Source: Piedraia hortae CBS 480.64 (lineage: Eukaryota). Taken from it: DNA of 64,000 bases. Positions 37,611 to 49,895 of the stretch are shown in pieces. The stretch covers positions 558,001 to 622,000 of the forward strand of contig MU005957.1 of NCBI GenBank assembly GCA_010093745.1, written 5' to 3'. The notes under the pieces are model-generated. The model was given only the letters and a program-made list of their open reading frames with translations, was not told the origin of the DNA and searched no databases. Within the stretch, counting starts at the first letter, position 1; every line of letters starts with the position of its first letter. Made by a program: the position numbers and the translations under genes.

Positions 37611-39499
37611 GAAGTAACGTATGACTACCACAAACCCGCCCCAGAATGAACGGCTGCAGCAAGGCCACCTTTCAATTTCATGGAGCCTGCAAAGCAACCA
37701 CGCCTACTGTTACCTTCAGACTCCTTCATTTCGGCTTTGAATAAAGTATTTCATTTGCACCGACGAATTGAACTGATGCACCCGCATCTCATCGTTCTCC
37801 CGCGTTCCGATCCCAGAAATTCACATCTCCTTATCATATCACGGATGTGTGCGGACAAGGTGATATAATCCTATGTGGATACAAAACGTGGGTACGTGAG
37901 CCACAGATTCAGGTGACTAGGTGACTATGCAAGAGAACAACCCGAGAATTTCAATCAACATACTCCTAGATATGTTCGAAGAAACCAACAGATCTGCCAA
38001 CCTTCTGTTGTTCTACCAAGGACTTGAGTATTGGGGGTGATATGACCTGAACAGTCTCAATAGTTTGCACCATGTCCTCACGCGAGCACAATCTTGCACC
38101 AGACTATTGCCCAGGGTGTGAAACACCGCCTCCTCAGACCATTGCTCTCTTGTTGAGAAAATATTCGAGAAAGCCTGGACCTCACGATACCGTTTCATAG
38201 CTTCGACCCGAAGAAGATTATAGATTTAGACCTTAAACTGAACAGACGTACCAGGGTTTCGCAGCGCACTCCGAATCCTAGATCGAAGCCCAACCACGCA
38301 CTCGCGCTCTGGATCACCTAAGCAACGTCGATTCCCAGGTGGTGAATACATTCAGGGCAGTATGAATTACGAGGCGGCGGCTACTGTCGATCCTTGCCGG
38401 TGCCTCGGCATGTCGATGATCGACATTGTTGTCGCTGATAGATTAGTTGTTTTTGTACATAGTTCCGCCTGCCGGCTCTGGCGGGCAGGCCGGTCTTTCT
38501 TTCAACGCTGTTTCCTTTCCACACAAGTGATAGGGATAAGATTTGTGGGACAAAGGTCCCATATCTCTTAGCCCGGCTCTGGCACTCTACGGCGTCGAAT
38601 GGCATCAGTGTGGTGTCGATGATCATGTGTGTATTCTCAAAACAAGCCTAAGATTTCGGTTCGAAGACGATGTTTGCATATAGCCAAAGCAGACTGGCAA
38701 GGACAAAGGAAGTTGGACGGCCTCGATGGCTATAAACTGAGGGCGAAAGAGAAAATTCCTACAGCGTATGCACTGATGGTTCAATTCCCAGGTGGCGAAT
38801 GCATCCCCCAGGTATGCGCTCATGCTTGAGGACATGGTCAAAGATACGATGCTACCTGGCTATGGCACTCTCCAGCTTTGGCCACATTTGTGCGGTCTGG
38901 AGGAAGGTGGATGATTTCAATAGCCACCAACAGGGCGCAAGACAGATTTCCTATAGAATTTGCACTGCTAATCCACCCATCCCACCACCAATACATCCAG
39001 TTCATCACCTTCCAGGTCTCTGGCCCAACAAGCCCGAAGCTGACAAAACTTACGAGATCAGGTATCATGGGTGCTATATCCCAGTACAAACTCCGCCACA
39101 AGATAAAATATTTGAGAACCGTAGAGAGAGGTCGAACACTGCCAAGAACTCAGTGCTTGCGTTCCGCAGCAGCAACCATATGTGTTCATTGCTTTCACCC
39201 TTGATATTTTGTTGTGAGATTGAATCAGGATAACGGGATCATGTTTTGCTTGGATGCTGAGATGAAGCTGGGCAAATCCTCTGCCACGAATACTCCTCCT
39301 GCAATGTATCTTCCACGATTAACCCTCTTGCATAGCAATAACCGCTTCTATTCATCATCATACATCCTATATGGTCTTCCACGTTGGCCAGCTCCCTCTC
39401 ATAGCCTTAGGTAAAAGGAACCTCACCAAGAAAACCGCAAGAAATCACCAAAAAGCTGGCAAGGATCACAAAAAAAAGAATTAAAATAAAAATAAAAAC

Positions 39500-39735
39500 A
39501 AAAAATCTCCTATTACCGTAGAATTTCCTCCACCCTACGAGGAGGGCGGTGGACAGTAATTGGCATGGCTAGCTCAAGCGGGAACGTACGAGGTCCCGTG
39601 TTGCCAGCGGTGAAAGTGTATGGGCTCGAATGCGGGTTCAAGACATTAGAGATGTCGAACCACTTTGGAACCGAATAATTCGATCCAACTACCATTGAGC
39701 TAACCCCACCTCTAGCCAGTCGGTGCCTGTGGAAT
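39500..39735 (-). ncRNA. Candidate structured Pol III-type ncRNA of unknown family (~230 nt)
   Basis: A-box TAGCTCAATGG, B-box-like GGTTCGACATC, at least six helices with G-U pairs only on the minus strand, 3' T-run. Confidence 0.55.
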
Positions 39736-40907
39736 TTAAGGGATTTGTATGCGGAAAATTGGAAAAGAAGGAGTGTGGGCCATGTCATTGTGCGAAATTG
39801 ATCGGCGATTTTGGAGGGATATGTGCGCTGGCGGCGGAAGGGAGCGTGTTTGGGGGCTTTTGAGCACTGAGGAAGACGTAGCGGAGGGAGTGTGCGTGGA
39901 ATTCCGTGGATATGCATGGAATTTTCGTTGCGAGCGTGGGGGTCATGTGGTACAAACGTAGCTGTCTGAAAGGTCGCTTCCCACGGTCTACAATTCGCAT
40001 GTACTAATAGGCACGCTGCTGTTTCTTCGCAAGCACGCTATGTATCCCTCTCACTTGCCGCTTCTCACACCCTGGCATCTATGGCTGTGCACCTTCCCAG
40101 AGCCAGACCCTGCTTTATCCGCAAACCTCCCGCAATGTAAACTTAGAGGACTAGGCAACCAATTGCAGATCGTCGCTTATGCTGGCACATGTGAGAGTAC
40201 TCTTACTTCTTGAAGCTGAAAGCCCAATCGCATATCACCGCTTAGACTGACAGCAAGTGCAAATCAGTTGCCGGGGAGGTATCTTCGCTGTCCCCAGAGG
40301 GCATGCTCTAGACACGCCCATTGACCTGCTTCCTCAATACTCCTTGTTAGCTCTCCAGGCCCGTGGAGGGGCAATATGATCGTGCACCTATCCATAGGAT
40401 TACGACTGAACTTCAGAATGAGGTATAGTACAGTGGAACTTGAATCTAGCGTATCTAATTGGCAGAGAATCTTACTCGTATAAGGCATGCCAATGGAACG
40501 CCTTGAGAATGCGTAAGCCCATGTTGTCGTGCTGAGAGTTGGCTATGGAAAGAAAACTGCTGTATCCAGGCGTGGCTATACCGCATGTACTCGTCTCTCC
40601 AGCTATTCACTCGGTGGAACGGAGGGATGGTGAAGGTGGAATGGGGACTCGGTTCGTCGTCCATGCCACTGGCCCGGGACTGCTGGGCTTTATCGTAGAA
40701 CGATGCATGTGATGACATGGCTAAGTTTTTGTTTCCAAAGTTTTGCGTGGAAAGATCGAAGGGGATGACGGTCGCGTTGCCACCTTTCAGCCTGGCAGCT
40801 TTGCACAACTAGACAGTTCCAAAGGCTCTAAATATATCTGACAGAATGAACCCACTCGACATCCAATGGGAAGACCAGCGGTGTGTAACACCATGAACAA
40901 CTGCCCG

Positions 40908-41695
40908 CTACAGCTCCACACTTCCCGAAAAGATGCCCTTTGTGCTCTTGAGTCTGCTCGCAAAGAACTGCATGATGGGCATCATCTCGTCACGATCAGC
41001 CGGCATTCCGTCTCTGGGTCGACGATATCTCGCAATCTGGACGAATTCAAAGTTCCTCTTCAATTTGTCTTCCGCCGCAGGTGTTACGCTCGACTCATCT
41101 CGGCCCGCACACACGAGAATGGGTGTTTTGCACTTGTTAATTTGAGTCGGCACATCGCCCGGCAACGGGCCACCAATGCTGACGACGCCGCCGAGCTCGC
41201 TCTCCGTTGGAGTCTTGGGACGCTGGTGCAAGTCCATTGCAACGTTCAAGGCTAGCATGCCACCCTGGCCGAAGCCGAAAAGGAAGATTTCGCGCGGCAT
41301 GAAGCCATGTTTGGGGATGAGGTCATCTTCAATGAGGCCACGTATCATTGCGGTAGCGGATTTGAACCCAGCGTCTGCATCAAGGCCGTTCTGGCTGGAG
41401 TCAAAGATGACGTCGTCGCCCCAGTGGTATCCGCCTAGATCAAGGAGCGTTCGCGGACCTTGGACGGAGATGCATGTGGTAGCGGGGAGTTTCATCCGCT
41501 CGCCAAGTTTAGCAAAGGACTCATGGGCATCGCCCAGGCCATGGAGGAGGATGAGAACATTAGTTGATGGCTCGTTGTTGGGAGCTGTTTCTCGGATTGA
41601 GACATGTGCTTTTGGGCGTGTGATGACAACTTACGGGGTCCGATGGCTAGAGTTACGTTGGCGGGGAAATTGTGAATGACAGGCAGCTGACCCAT
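40908..41695 (-). CDS. Phospholipase/carboxylesterase-like alpha/beta hydrolase (1 intron, approx. 41584-41633)
   Basis: NVLILLHGLGD, TTCISVQGP, HWGDD, IFLFGFGQGG, LGGVVSIGGP, MMPIMQFFA. Confidence 0.85.
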
Positions 41696-42262
41696 CTTTC
41701 AGATTGATGATTGGTGGTAGCGTCCGATGTAGGTTCGAGGCTACGCGCGATCGACAGTGGCAAGGGGGTCACTAGTACCTTAGCGGCGCACGGATCATTT
41801 GAATCCCTTCACTTCTATCTGTAAAAAGGACAAACCCCCTCGATAGCAAAAAGAGGGGATACCAAATTGGGGGCCTATAGGGTAAAGCCGCACTCTAGAG
41901 GCGCCACTTAAGAGCCTGAGGCATCACATGCACGTAAATGCGTAAGCCACAAAGCCCTTTCGCCTTATGCCACAAAAAAGCATGGTTCATGTAAGCGTCA
42001 GCCTTGTGAAAAAATCAGTGTGGCGGTGCAGCACCGCCAGATATACGTCACGATGCTATCACGTTCACGACATGGGAAGACATGGAAAAAGGGGAAACAT
42101 CCACGAACAATTTTGTTGTCTTTACGATTCGGCTAGAAAGAACCGAATAGATTGATCAAGATGCCCCGCAACTTTCAGAATGCTGTAACAACCAAAAGTC
42201 GATCGAAATTTTGTCTTTCACAAGAGATTTCCACCCACGCATATGCAAAAACACCGCAAATC

Positions 42263-45200
42263 TTACACAGTGGGAACACGCTCTTCCCGATACCCGTGTT
42301 TTCCATTTAAGCTGTTGATGTCCCCACCCGGAAGCCCGAAAAACTCCAGCCAGTCACCCAGATTGAGATTGGTGGGTGCAAATGGTCCAGTGGATGACGA
42401 CTGACTCCACATATCGTCTGGTGAGTGTTGTTGGCCCGTATGCATCGCCCAATCTGGAGGATCAGTGTAAGCCGACATTGGCTGCTGGTCTCCTATCTGT
42501 GACGACGCAGCCATTGACGCTGGTGGCCGAGTGGTTTCTGGGCTACGAAGAGCCGGATCAATGCCGTCATTCGGGCTCAACAAGGGAAAATTACCTAGCA
42601 TTCCGTTCGCTTCCGGAGGGAACAAATGTGCTGGGTCGTAATTTTGCCACAAATCCTCCGAGATCTTTGGGCTGTTGCGTGTGTGCAAAAACAGATCTGG
42701 CGGCGTGGAAGGGTAAGGATACCCATTGAATGGCGTTGTAGGACGAGTATTTGTTCGAGAAGTGCCCATGAATGCATCCGTTGCATGTCGAAGGGGTGGA
42801 CTACCAGCTGATATTTGAGGCAGCAAACCAGACGATGACGGAGGCATTGTACGCCCCGGGGTTCCAGACCGACTCTGCGGCTGCGAACGCTCAAATGTCA
42901 TTGGGGAGGCTGGAAGCTGCCCCATGACCATTTCATCGTACTTCCGTTTTGGGGCATCGTTCCGCACAGGCGATTGCTCTTTTGCAGTCCGCGAGCTATG
43001 CGCGTGGTGCTTCAAGTTATGTCGACGACCCGCAGCCCGCTGGAGTCGCTCCTCTAGAGATTTGTTACCAAGAATAGACTCGAACAAGGTGTGAACCATC
43101 TTGGCTACTAGCCACACCTTGCTTACATCGTGCAGCGCGCCCATGCATGTTGACAGTCGGTGCTGAGTCGTTGCCACGACTGACTGGTTGCTAGACCGCA
43201 TCTGGTAAACATGCATGATAAGAGCCGAGAAGAGCGAATAAACACTGGGGAGGAGGGTTAGTTGGAAACCTACACGATCCAGAATAACTTACATGAAGGC
43301 TGGGGTATACCTCAGCTGGTCATGTACCTGCAACGCTTCGATGATATTGGTAATGATGCCAGCGGCGTGGTAAGCAATCGTTCGGCTAGGATAAGCTGTT
43401 TCCTCGGGATAGCCATTGCCTACTCGGCTCTCAGGTGAGCCAGCAGGAGGCATATGTGCCCGATGCAGCAAGCAGAGAGTAGTGTAATAATTAGCCTGTA
43501 ACAGAGCAGACCAAAAATGATGTCGCGTCGGGTCCCAGCGGACCTCTGCGGGGCAATTGGCTTGCCAATCTGCTAGGGCCATGTCCGAATGGGTTAGATC
43601 AATCGCGTTTCGCCGGGACTTACTGGCCACGCCATACTGCTGCGAGAGAACAAGACCCATGATCTCACAAAGCTTGACGTATTGCAGGAAAAAATGTACG
43701 TGAATAGGATCTGGTGGGAACTCGGCCCGTGCATCAGGATCATCGTCCTCGATAAAATCCTCTGCAGATACCATTTCCACATCGGCATCTTCAATATTGA
43801 TGATCACCGGACGACCGAGCGCAACCGCCACCGACCGGTCACGGGTGAACAAGGTCCACCAAATGCGTTTCCAAAGGCACTTGTCTGCTCGGCTCAGCTG
43901 CGATCGCTCGACACTGGTGTTGATTAGCGTTTGTCCATGACGGCATTCCAGAGTCTCTGGAGAGTCACCACGCCAAATAAGGAAAGTTGCAGTGGATGAC
44001 TGCCCCAGTTGTCCGGAAAGCTCCGTGCAACAGGTCTTTTTTTTTTTTTACTTACCTTCGGTGCATCCCTGAGCCTTGAGCGACAATGACTGCTACGCGA
44101 CTCCAATAGAAAACGTTCTTGGTGACATCTGATACGGTGTAAGACGGAACGGAAGCCGAAAAGCTCCAGACTCACCTTCTGGGCCTTCCCAATACCAGCC
44201 CATCAATCTGTGAGGGTCAGTAGATGCCCCACATATCGGAAGGCGGAACCTTACATGAGCGCTTGGACAATTGTAACGCGATCATCCTCATAGTTCGCGT
44301 CGTACAATGCCTTCGCCCTCTTGTAGAAGGTCATGGCCGCCGCAGTGGTGCTGCCGGTGGAATCGGTCAACTGCGGGTTGTTGCAAACGCGAGAGCCGGC
44401 CAATAAAATGGCTTGGAGAAGCAACAGCGACGGTGGATGTTTGGTGTCTCGGTACTGACGCATGAATTTGGTTCGGTTGATCACGGGCACTACGGGAGCC
44501 ACCCATTTGAAGTACGCATCGACGAGCTCGTCGCAAAGCAAGCGCGGAGGGAGTAGAAAGGCGCCCCGCTGTTGGAGCACATCTATCTCGGTACTGTCAA
44601 GATTGCTGATGCGAGCTCGGGCACCGCGCACGTTCTCGGGCAGAGGATAGTGCACGACATCTTCGCTGCCATATTTGTTCTGAACAATCAGCGAAAGATT
44701 GGACGACTCGCCCAGGTACGCGACACGGCCAGCCTCTTTGATCGGGGCCTGTGCAAGTTTGGGCTTGATAATGTTGGAATACGCAGCCGACATGGAAAAG
44801 GCCTGGGAGCCATCCGAATCCGCCATGCTCTGCGCGCCGTTGAGTAAACTATCGTGCTCGCTGTCGCGACGCGGAGGCTGGCGCGGCAGGGCGAGCGGCC
44901 GCGCGGGAAAGCTTTCCCGGCGGCCAATGGGGGAAATATCATCAAAATCATCTGCCGTACGTCCGTCGCTGAACCTCGCACGCACATCAGCACCGAGCCC
45001 ATCCTCCCGCTTGACGGGACGATCGCACCTGTCCGACTCCTTCTTACCCGACGTCTTCTTGCGCTTGGGCGTCGGGATCTTGCACTCGATGGAGAAGGCA
45101 ACGCAGTTGGTGCACGGCACGCCCAGGCTGGCTGCGTCACAGCGCACCTTTCTAGCATGACAGGTCTCACACGCTCGGCTAGCCCGCTGCCGTCGGAAAC

Positions 45201-45267
45201 TCGGGTGCCCGGGTCGCTGGTCCTTGGGCACGGCAACAGCATCGGCGGAGGACGCTGTCATGGTCAT
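42263..45267 (-). CDS. ctf1A: Zn2Cys6 cutinase transcription factor 1-alpha / FarA (several introns)
   Basis: SFRRQRASRACETCHARKVRCDAASLGVPCTNCVAFSIECKIP; EAGRVAYLGESSNL; Fungal_trans domain KRIWWTLFTRDRSVAVALGRP. Confidence 0.93.
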
Positions 45268-46531
45268 CGTGTGTCAAAGTCGACAATGTAAAGGTCTGTG
45301 GCGTTGGTTGGCATGGGAGAGGGCGGAAATCACGTTGGCATGGTGAATGGGGCGGAAGAGAGGCAGCAAAGGCCCAAAAAAAATTCAGCGGCGCGTCAGG
45401 AGAGAGGAATGGTAATACCAAGGGCTTTGATGCAGCTCAATGGCTTTGGAGGGGGTGGTGGTGGTGGGGGCGGAGGAGGGTGGACAATGCCAGGAAGGCT
45501 TTTCATGCCTGAGGCCCCCCCGCTCCGCAATTCAGACCCCGCTTTCCTTCTCCCCCCGCCTCCCCCGCCACGCTCGCCTCCGCAAAGCCATGCTATCCAA
45601 TTTGGGAAATCAGCCGAGGAACTAATTCATATTGCTGTTGGCCAATGAAACAGCGCTCTGGATGGAGGCATCTTGGCCATCATGGTGCCGCGTTTCCCGG
45701 GGCATATCGTCTTGCAAACGCTCAGTGTCACGAATCAGCAGCTGGCATGCTTGACTGGGGCGCACAGCTGTTATTGGCGACAGCGGAAGCGTAGCCCCTA
45801 GTCAAGCGGAGTAAGATGACACTCAAAACTCGTCTCAAAAAAAGAATCCTCTCGGGACGCCATCCGTGTGCCGCCATCTGCAACTTGCGCACTAATCTCT
45901 GCCAGTCACCTGGGATTAGCCACTGACCGCATTACGAAGAACGCCTCTCAAGTTACCCTTGATTTCTTCACTGCCCAGCGATACATTACGCAAGCCTGCG
46001 AGCTTAGCTTCAAGATCGCAATGCTGACTCGATCGGCTGGACCCGTTACGCCGATCTTGCAGTTCGCGTCTTGCCTGCGCGCCAAAGCAAACTCAGCAAT
46101 CAATTGCAGCCCGTGGGGTCTCCCGTGGGTCGTTCCCGGTTTTTCGGGTCATCTGTCTGTGAAACTTCATGTCATGGAAACAATGCTCGACATTGTACGC
46201 AATCTTAGGTATACAGTGCGTGCGTCTATGCACCTATAGTTGTTGTTGGCTCGTGCTTGCAGGATGTGGAGTAACTTCATCATTATCATACCTGTCTTGC
46301 AATTGTTTTGATGGTCCCGCTAGTTACGAAACGAGTACAAGGCTCTTGGTACTGAGCCCCGGGCGCTGGCCATTGATGGCTTGTCCGGCTCTTTTAAGGC
46401 TTGAACCACTTGCTGGTAGATAAATAGTGGGCATCTGGACCGCCTTCCCGCTAAAGGCCGAAGCTTTTGAACCAATGGCTTCAACGCCCACTGCGGAGCA
46501 ATATGAGGAACGCCATGTTATGGCTTCTTGA

Positions 46532-47124
46532 TCACGGTGACCCCTAGACTCATACGAAAAACTTTGTCTACAGCACATTATCAGCATTCCCGATCAGAAA
46601 ATCCCCGAGCGTCATTCAAACGGACCTTTGTGCCTCGTCCTGTACATCATATTCGCAATAACGTCATTCTCGTTGATGGCTGCACTGTTGAAATGCTTTC
46701 GAACTGTGGCTGCCAACTGGTCCCTTGCTATACGTCGTTTATTCCTTTTCTTGGCCATGGTTGGGCTCTGACGACCGATGCCAGGGTTTGTCAAGAGTGC
46801 TTGATGATACAAAGAGGAGAAACCTGCCGGTGTGCGCAGCTGATGTGCAATACGATATTTGTTAAGCAATGACAGCGAAGCACTAGGCCATAACATCTAG
46901 TCGACTGGTCAGTCCATACTCCGGACGAAACTAATGGCGGTGCTTACGCCCGTACTTTGGTCGTCAGCCCTACCAACTTCGTTTAGGTTGTTTTGGGCCG
47001 CTACATCGCTGTTTGTCTTCTTGCCAGGCGGTTTACCTTTTCCTTTTGTTATAGAAGACTCGGATCGGGATTCTTCAACGCCAGGACGAGTTTTTGAGGA
47101 AAGCACTCGTTCTCGGGGCTTCAT
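46532..47124 (-). CDS. SAP30: Sin3/Rpd3L HDAC complex subunit SAP30-like (2 introns)
   Basis: LNKYRIAHQL..GIGRQSPTMA..RIARDQLAATVRKHFNSAAINENDVIANMMY; last exon DKVFRMSLGSP*. Confidence 0.8.
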
Positions 47125-47387
47125 TATGTCTGTGATAATGGGCAAAAGTGGACTGCAAAAAAGTCCCGGTGGGTGATTATAGGTGACGTCAGTGGGCGCA
47201 GGGACGTCCCTGCAACTCGGAACTCTCAAGGTTCCCTGACAGCACCGGCATTGATGGTCCATTGCTAATGACAGCCGTGACTACAGTATGAATATGAAGT
47301 GTATCGTCAAATCTCATCAATCTCAGCGCCCAGAGCCCCGCAAATACAACAATGCCAAGTATTTTCCCATGTGAATTCGATGAAAAT

Positions 47388-48186
47388 TTACAATTGTATC
47401 CCCAATCTTCTCGGCCCCAGATACATGAGACCACCCACCCCAGTCATGGTGAGGCCGATCCACCACAGACGGTCAGCGTTGATCTGCATCACCATCTCCT
47501 GCCCATCGGCTTGCTGGCCTGCTTTGAAAGTGAGTGGTAACTCTTGATGATCCAGTCCACGTTTCGACTTTGTCGCTGAGGCTGTCGGTGCGTGCAGTGT
47601 GGAGGTGGGTAGCATCTGAGGAGGGGAGTAGGCCAAGTACATAGGATTCATCGGCGAGCCGTCAAACTGGAACAGGTCCAGGCGCTTGACGTTGTGGTAG
47701 GGGTCAGTGTATACGCTGTAGCGCTGCAAAACGTCAGCAGGCCCAGAAGGCGACGTTAGGACGGATGCTTACCTTGAACAGCTCGCTCTGGTTGTACCGC
47801 GTATATACCGAAGTCTTGTGGTCACAGGGAGAACTCAGCAGCTGCCTGCCATCGGTAACGATTGGCGTCAGGACAAGACTCCCGTTAGGTGCCATGTACC
47901 ACTTCCCGTGCTGCCATTGCATGATGCCGCTTGGACAATTTGGATTGACGGGGTTCGAGATGGCGCGGTAATGCGCTTCCTCGTACCAGCCATTGCCAGT
48001 AAATGAATAACTGATTCCGGTGCGCGAGGGCTCGATTAACCGCTCATTGATGGGGTCGTAGAAGCCGGGACCGGTGATGGTCTTGTTGGACTTGGTCGAC
48101 CACGTGCCGATGATGTCGTAGGGCCAAGTGTTTTGCGCCGAAGCGAGAACGACGAGCGCGGCCAGGGCGGTGTGTATGAGTCCCAT
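47388..48186 (-). CDS. ROT1: ER chaperone Rot1 (1 intron)
   Basis: Signal peptide; GTWSTKSNKTITGPGFYDP..EPSRTGISYSFT..WQHG..DGRQLLS; LFQFDGSPMNPMYLAYSPPQMLPT; C-terminal TM. Confidence 0.95.
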
Positions 48187-48419
48187 GGCGTGGTTGCGTG
48201 GCCGCTGTGAGACGCTGGGACAATGGGACGATGGCGCGTCTTCCGCTTCCGCCTGCGCCACCGCGGTCAGCTGAGGTCACGTGGCTCTCGCACACGCCCA
48301 CGCACCGTGATAAAACATCAAAACCGGCGTTGAAGGCGTAACGCTCTTACTTTAGATGCGGTCTGAATAGGACTGACACGCTCCGTTGGATCTTTGATAT
48401 CAATACCGCACGACGGGCA

Positions 48420-49115
48420 ATGTCGGTTGAAGCAAACGGTGCCAAAAAGGCCCTTCGTATGCTCATCAAGCAGAATATCGCCAAGCTGGACGAGAAGCAC
48501 ATCCAGTCTCAATCTCAGATAGCACAAGAAGTTGTAATTTCCTTGGCGCAGTATCGTCGTGCGAAGCGGATTGGCGTTTACCTATCCATGAGCACTAGCG
48601 AAGCACGGACAGATCTTTGTCTACGGCATGCATTGAATAGTGGAAAGGAAGTGTTTGTACCATATATTCACGCAATGACACCCTCTACAACGACTGGCAA
48701 GACTCGAAAAGGGATGGCCATGCTTCGCTTGAATTCCATAGAGGAGTATGAGCAACTGAAGCGAGATAGTTGGGGTATTCCAAGCCTTGCTACCGATTCG
48801 GTAAGCGAACGAGAGAACGCGCTTGGTGGGACTGGGATTGAAAGAGAGCCTGGTGAGGGTAGTAATGGTGGGCTAGATGTAATTATTGTTCCCGGTGTAG
48901 CTTTCAGCCCTGATGGCTGCCGGATGGGCCATGGACGGGGCTTTTATGACCGCTTCCTTACCCATATGTGTGGAGACAGGAAGCTCCCGAAGCCGTACTT
49001 ACTGGGACTATGCTTAACAGAGCAAATCCTGCCTATAGGACAAATGGTAATGCAGCCATGGGACTGGAAGGTCGATGCCGTTGCAGTTGGCGATGGGAGA
49101 CTCCTGACAGTATAG
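48420..49115 (+). CDS. FAU1: 5-formyltetrahydrofolate cyclo-ligase
   Basis: KKALR, AKRIGVYLSM, GKEVFVP, WGIP, LDVIIVPGVAF..RMGHGRGFYDRFL. Confidence 0.93.
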   Translation: MSVEANGAKKALRMLIKQNIAKLDEKHIQSQSQIAQEVVISLAQYRRAKRIGVYLSMSTSEARTDLCLRHALNSGKEVFVPYIHAMTPSTTTGKTRKGMAMLRLNSIEEYEQLKRDSWGIPSLATDSVSERENALGGTGIEREPGEGSNGGLDVIIVPGVAFSPDGCRMGHGRGFYDRFLTHMCGDRKLPKPYLLGLCLTEQILPIGQMVMQPWDWKVDAVAVGDGRLLTV

Positions 49116-49272
49116 GTACTTGGAGTAGAACTCACAAAAAGCTGTCAAGCCAGCTGCAAGCAAACCCCGAGATTTCACGCTGTTGCTATCATACAATGCT
49201 CTATGAGAGTCGAGTCGGACTCTGCCGTTGCGGTACCTTACCCGTAGACACACTCGCGCCTTGTCGATTCCC

Positions 49273-49618
49273 TCAGTTAAGACTTTGAATAAGACATATA
49301 TTGTCTCCCTTTAGGAGTATTCGGCCTTTATCAAACAGTCAGTTTCGTTCTGGATTTGAAAGTAACATGGGACATACCTAGCTCGCGTCTCGGATTCTTC
49401 GGCTCTGGTACTTCTTTTGTCGGCTGCCTGACCTCCACGGCTTCGTCAATTACGAGGTTCATGAATTCATCGAAACCACGAATCTTGCCCTCCACTCGAA
49501 AGCCTAGTTGCTCAAACAGCCAGATCTGTACAGTGCTGCGCTGCTGTAGAAGCTTGAAAATGAAGTTGATTGGCGGGAGCATAACATTGCGCTTGCCGCC
49601 GCCTTCGCGATGAGCCAT
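49273..49618 (-). CDS. SME1: snRNP core protein SmE (1 intron)
   Basis: VMLPPINFIFKLLQ..IWLFEQ..EGKIRGFDEFMNLVIDEAVEV..LG/RILLKGDNICLIQ. Confidence 0.96.
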
Positions 49619-49650
49619 AATGAGTTGGAGTACGTATTTGTAGCGAGTGA

Positions 49651-49694
49651 TGAGGCTGATGTAGGCTGCACTAGGCTGATCTAGGCTGATCTAA
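49651..49694. repeat. ~4 tandem copies of a 10-bp unit (CTAGGCTGAT consensus)
   Basis: tgaggctgat gtaggctgca ctaggctgat ctaggctgat ctaa. Confidence 0.75.
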
Positions 49695-49895
49695 GTTCGT
49701 GGTTGGTCGCGATCGTGTCGGTGGTTGCGGTGAGGTTGGGCCACATGACTCGCGTGGTCGGAGGGGCAAGATTTCCCTTTTCGGCCTTCGCGGGGTAACA
49801 CGAACCGTAACAATAACATTTCTGCCACTGTTACAGCACTTTGCTACTTCTTGTCTCTCTCTACAGCTTGCTTGCTGTACTCTCTCTTACAAAAA

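Noticed and set aside
39513..39535. GGAAATTC resembling RNase P CR-I
   Set aside because: Lies at the 3' end right before the T-run, with no CR-V partner downstream
39640..39710. Possible tRNA gene at the A/B-box element
   Set aside because: D-stem partner (GAGC) and acceptor/anticodon arms are absent; kept instead as an unknown structured RNA candidate
45298..46500. ORFs with poly-G/poly-P upstream of ctf1A
   Set aside because: Low-complexity promoter/5' UTR sequence of the transcription factor
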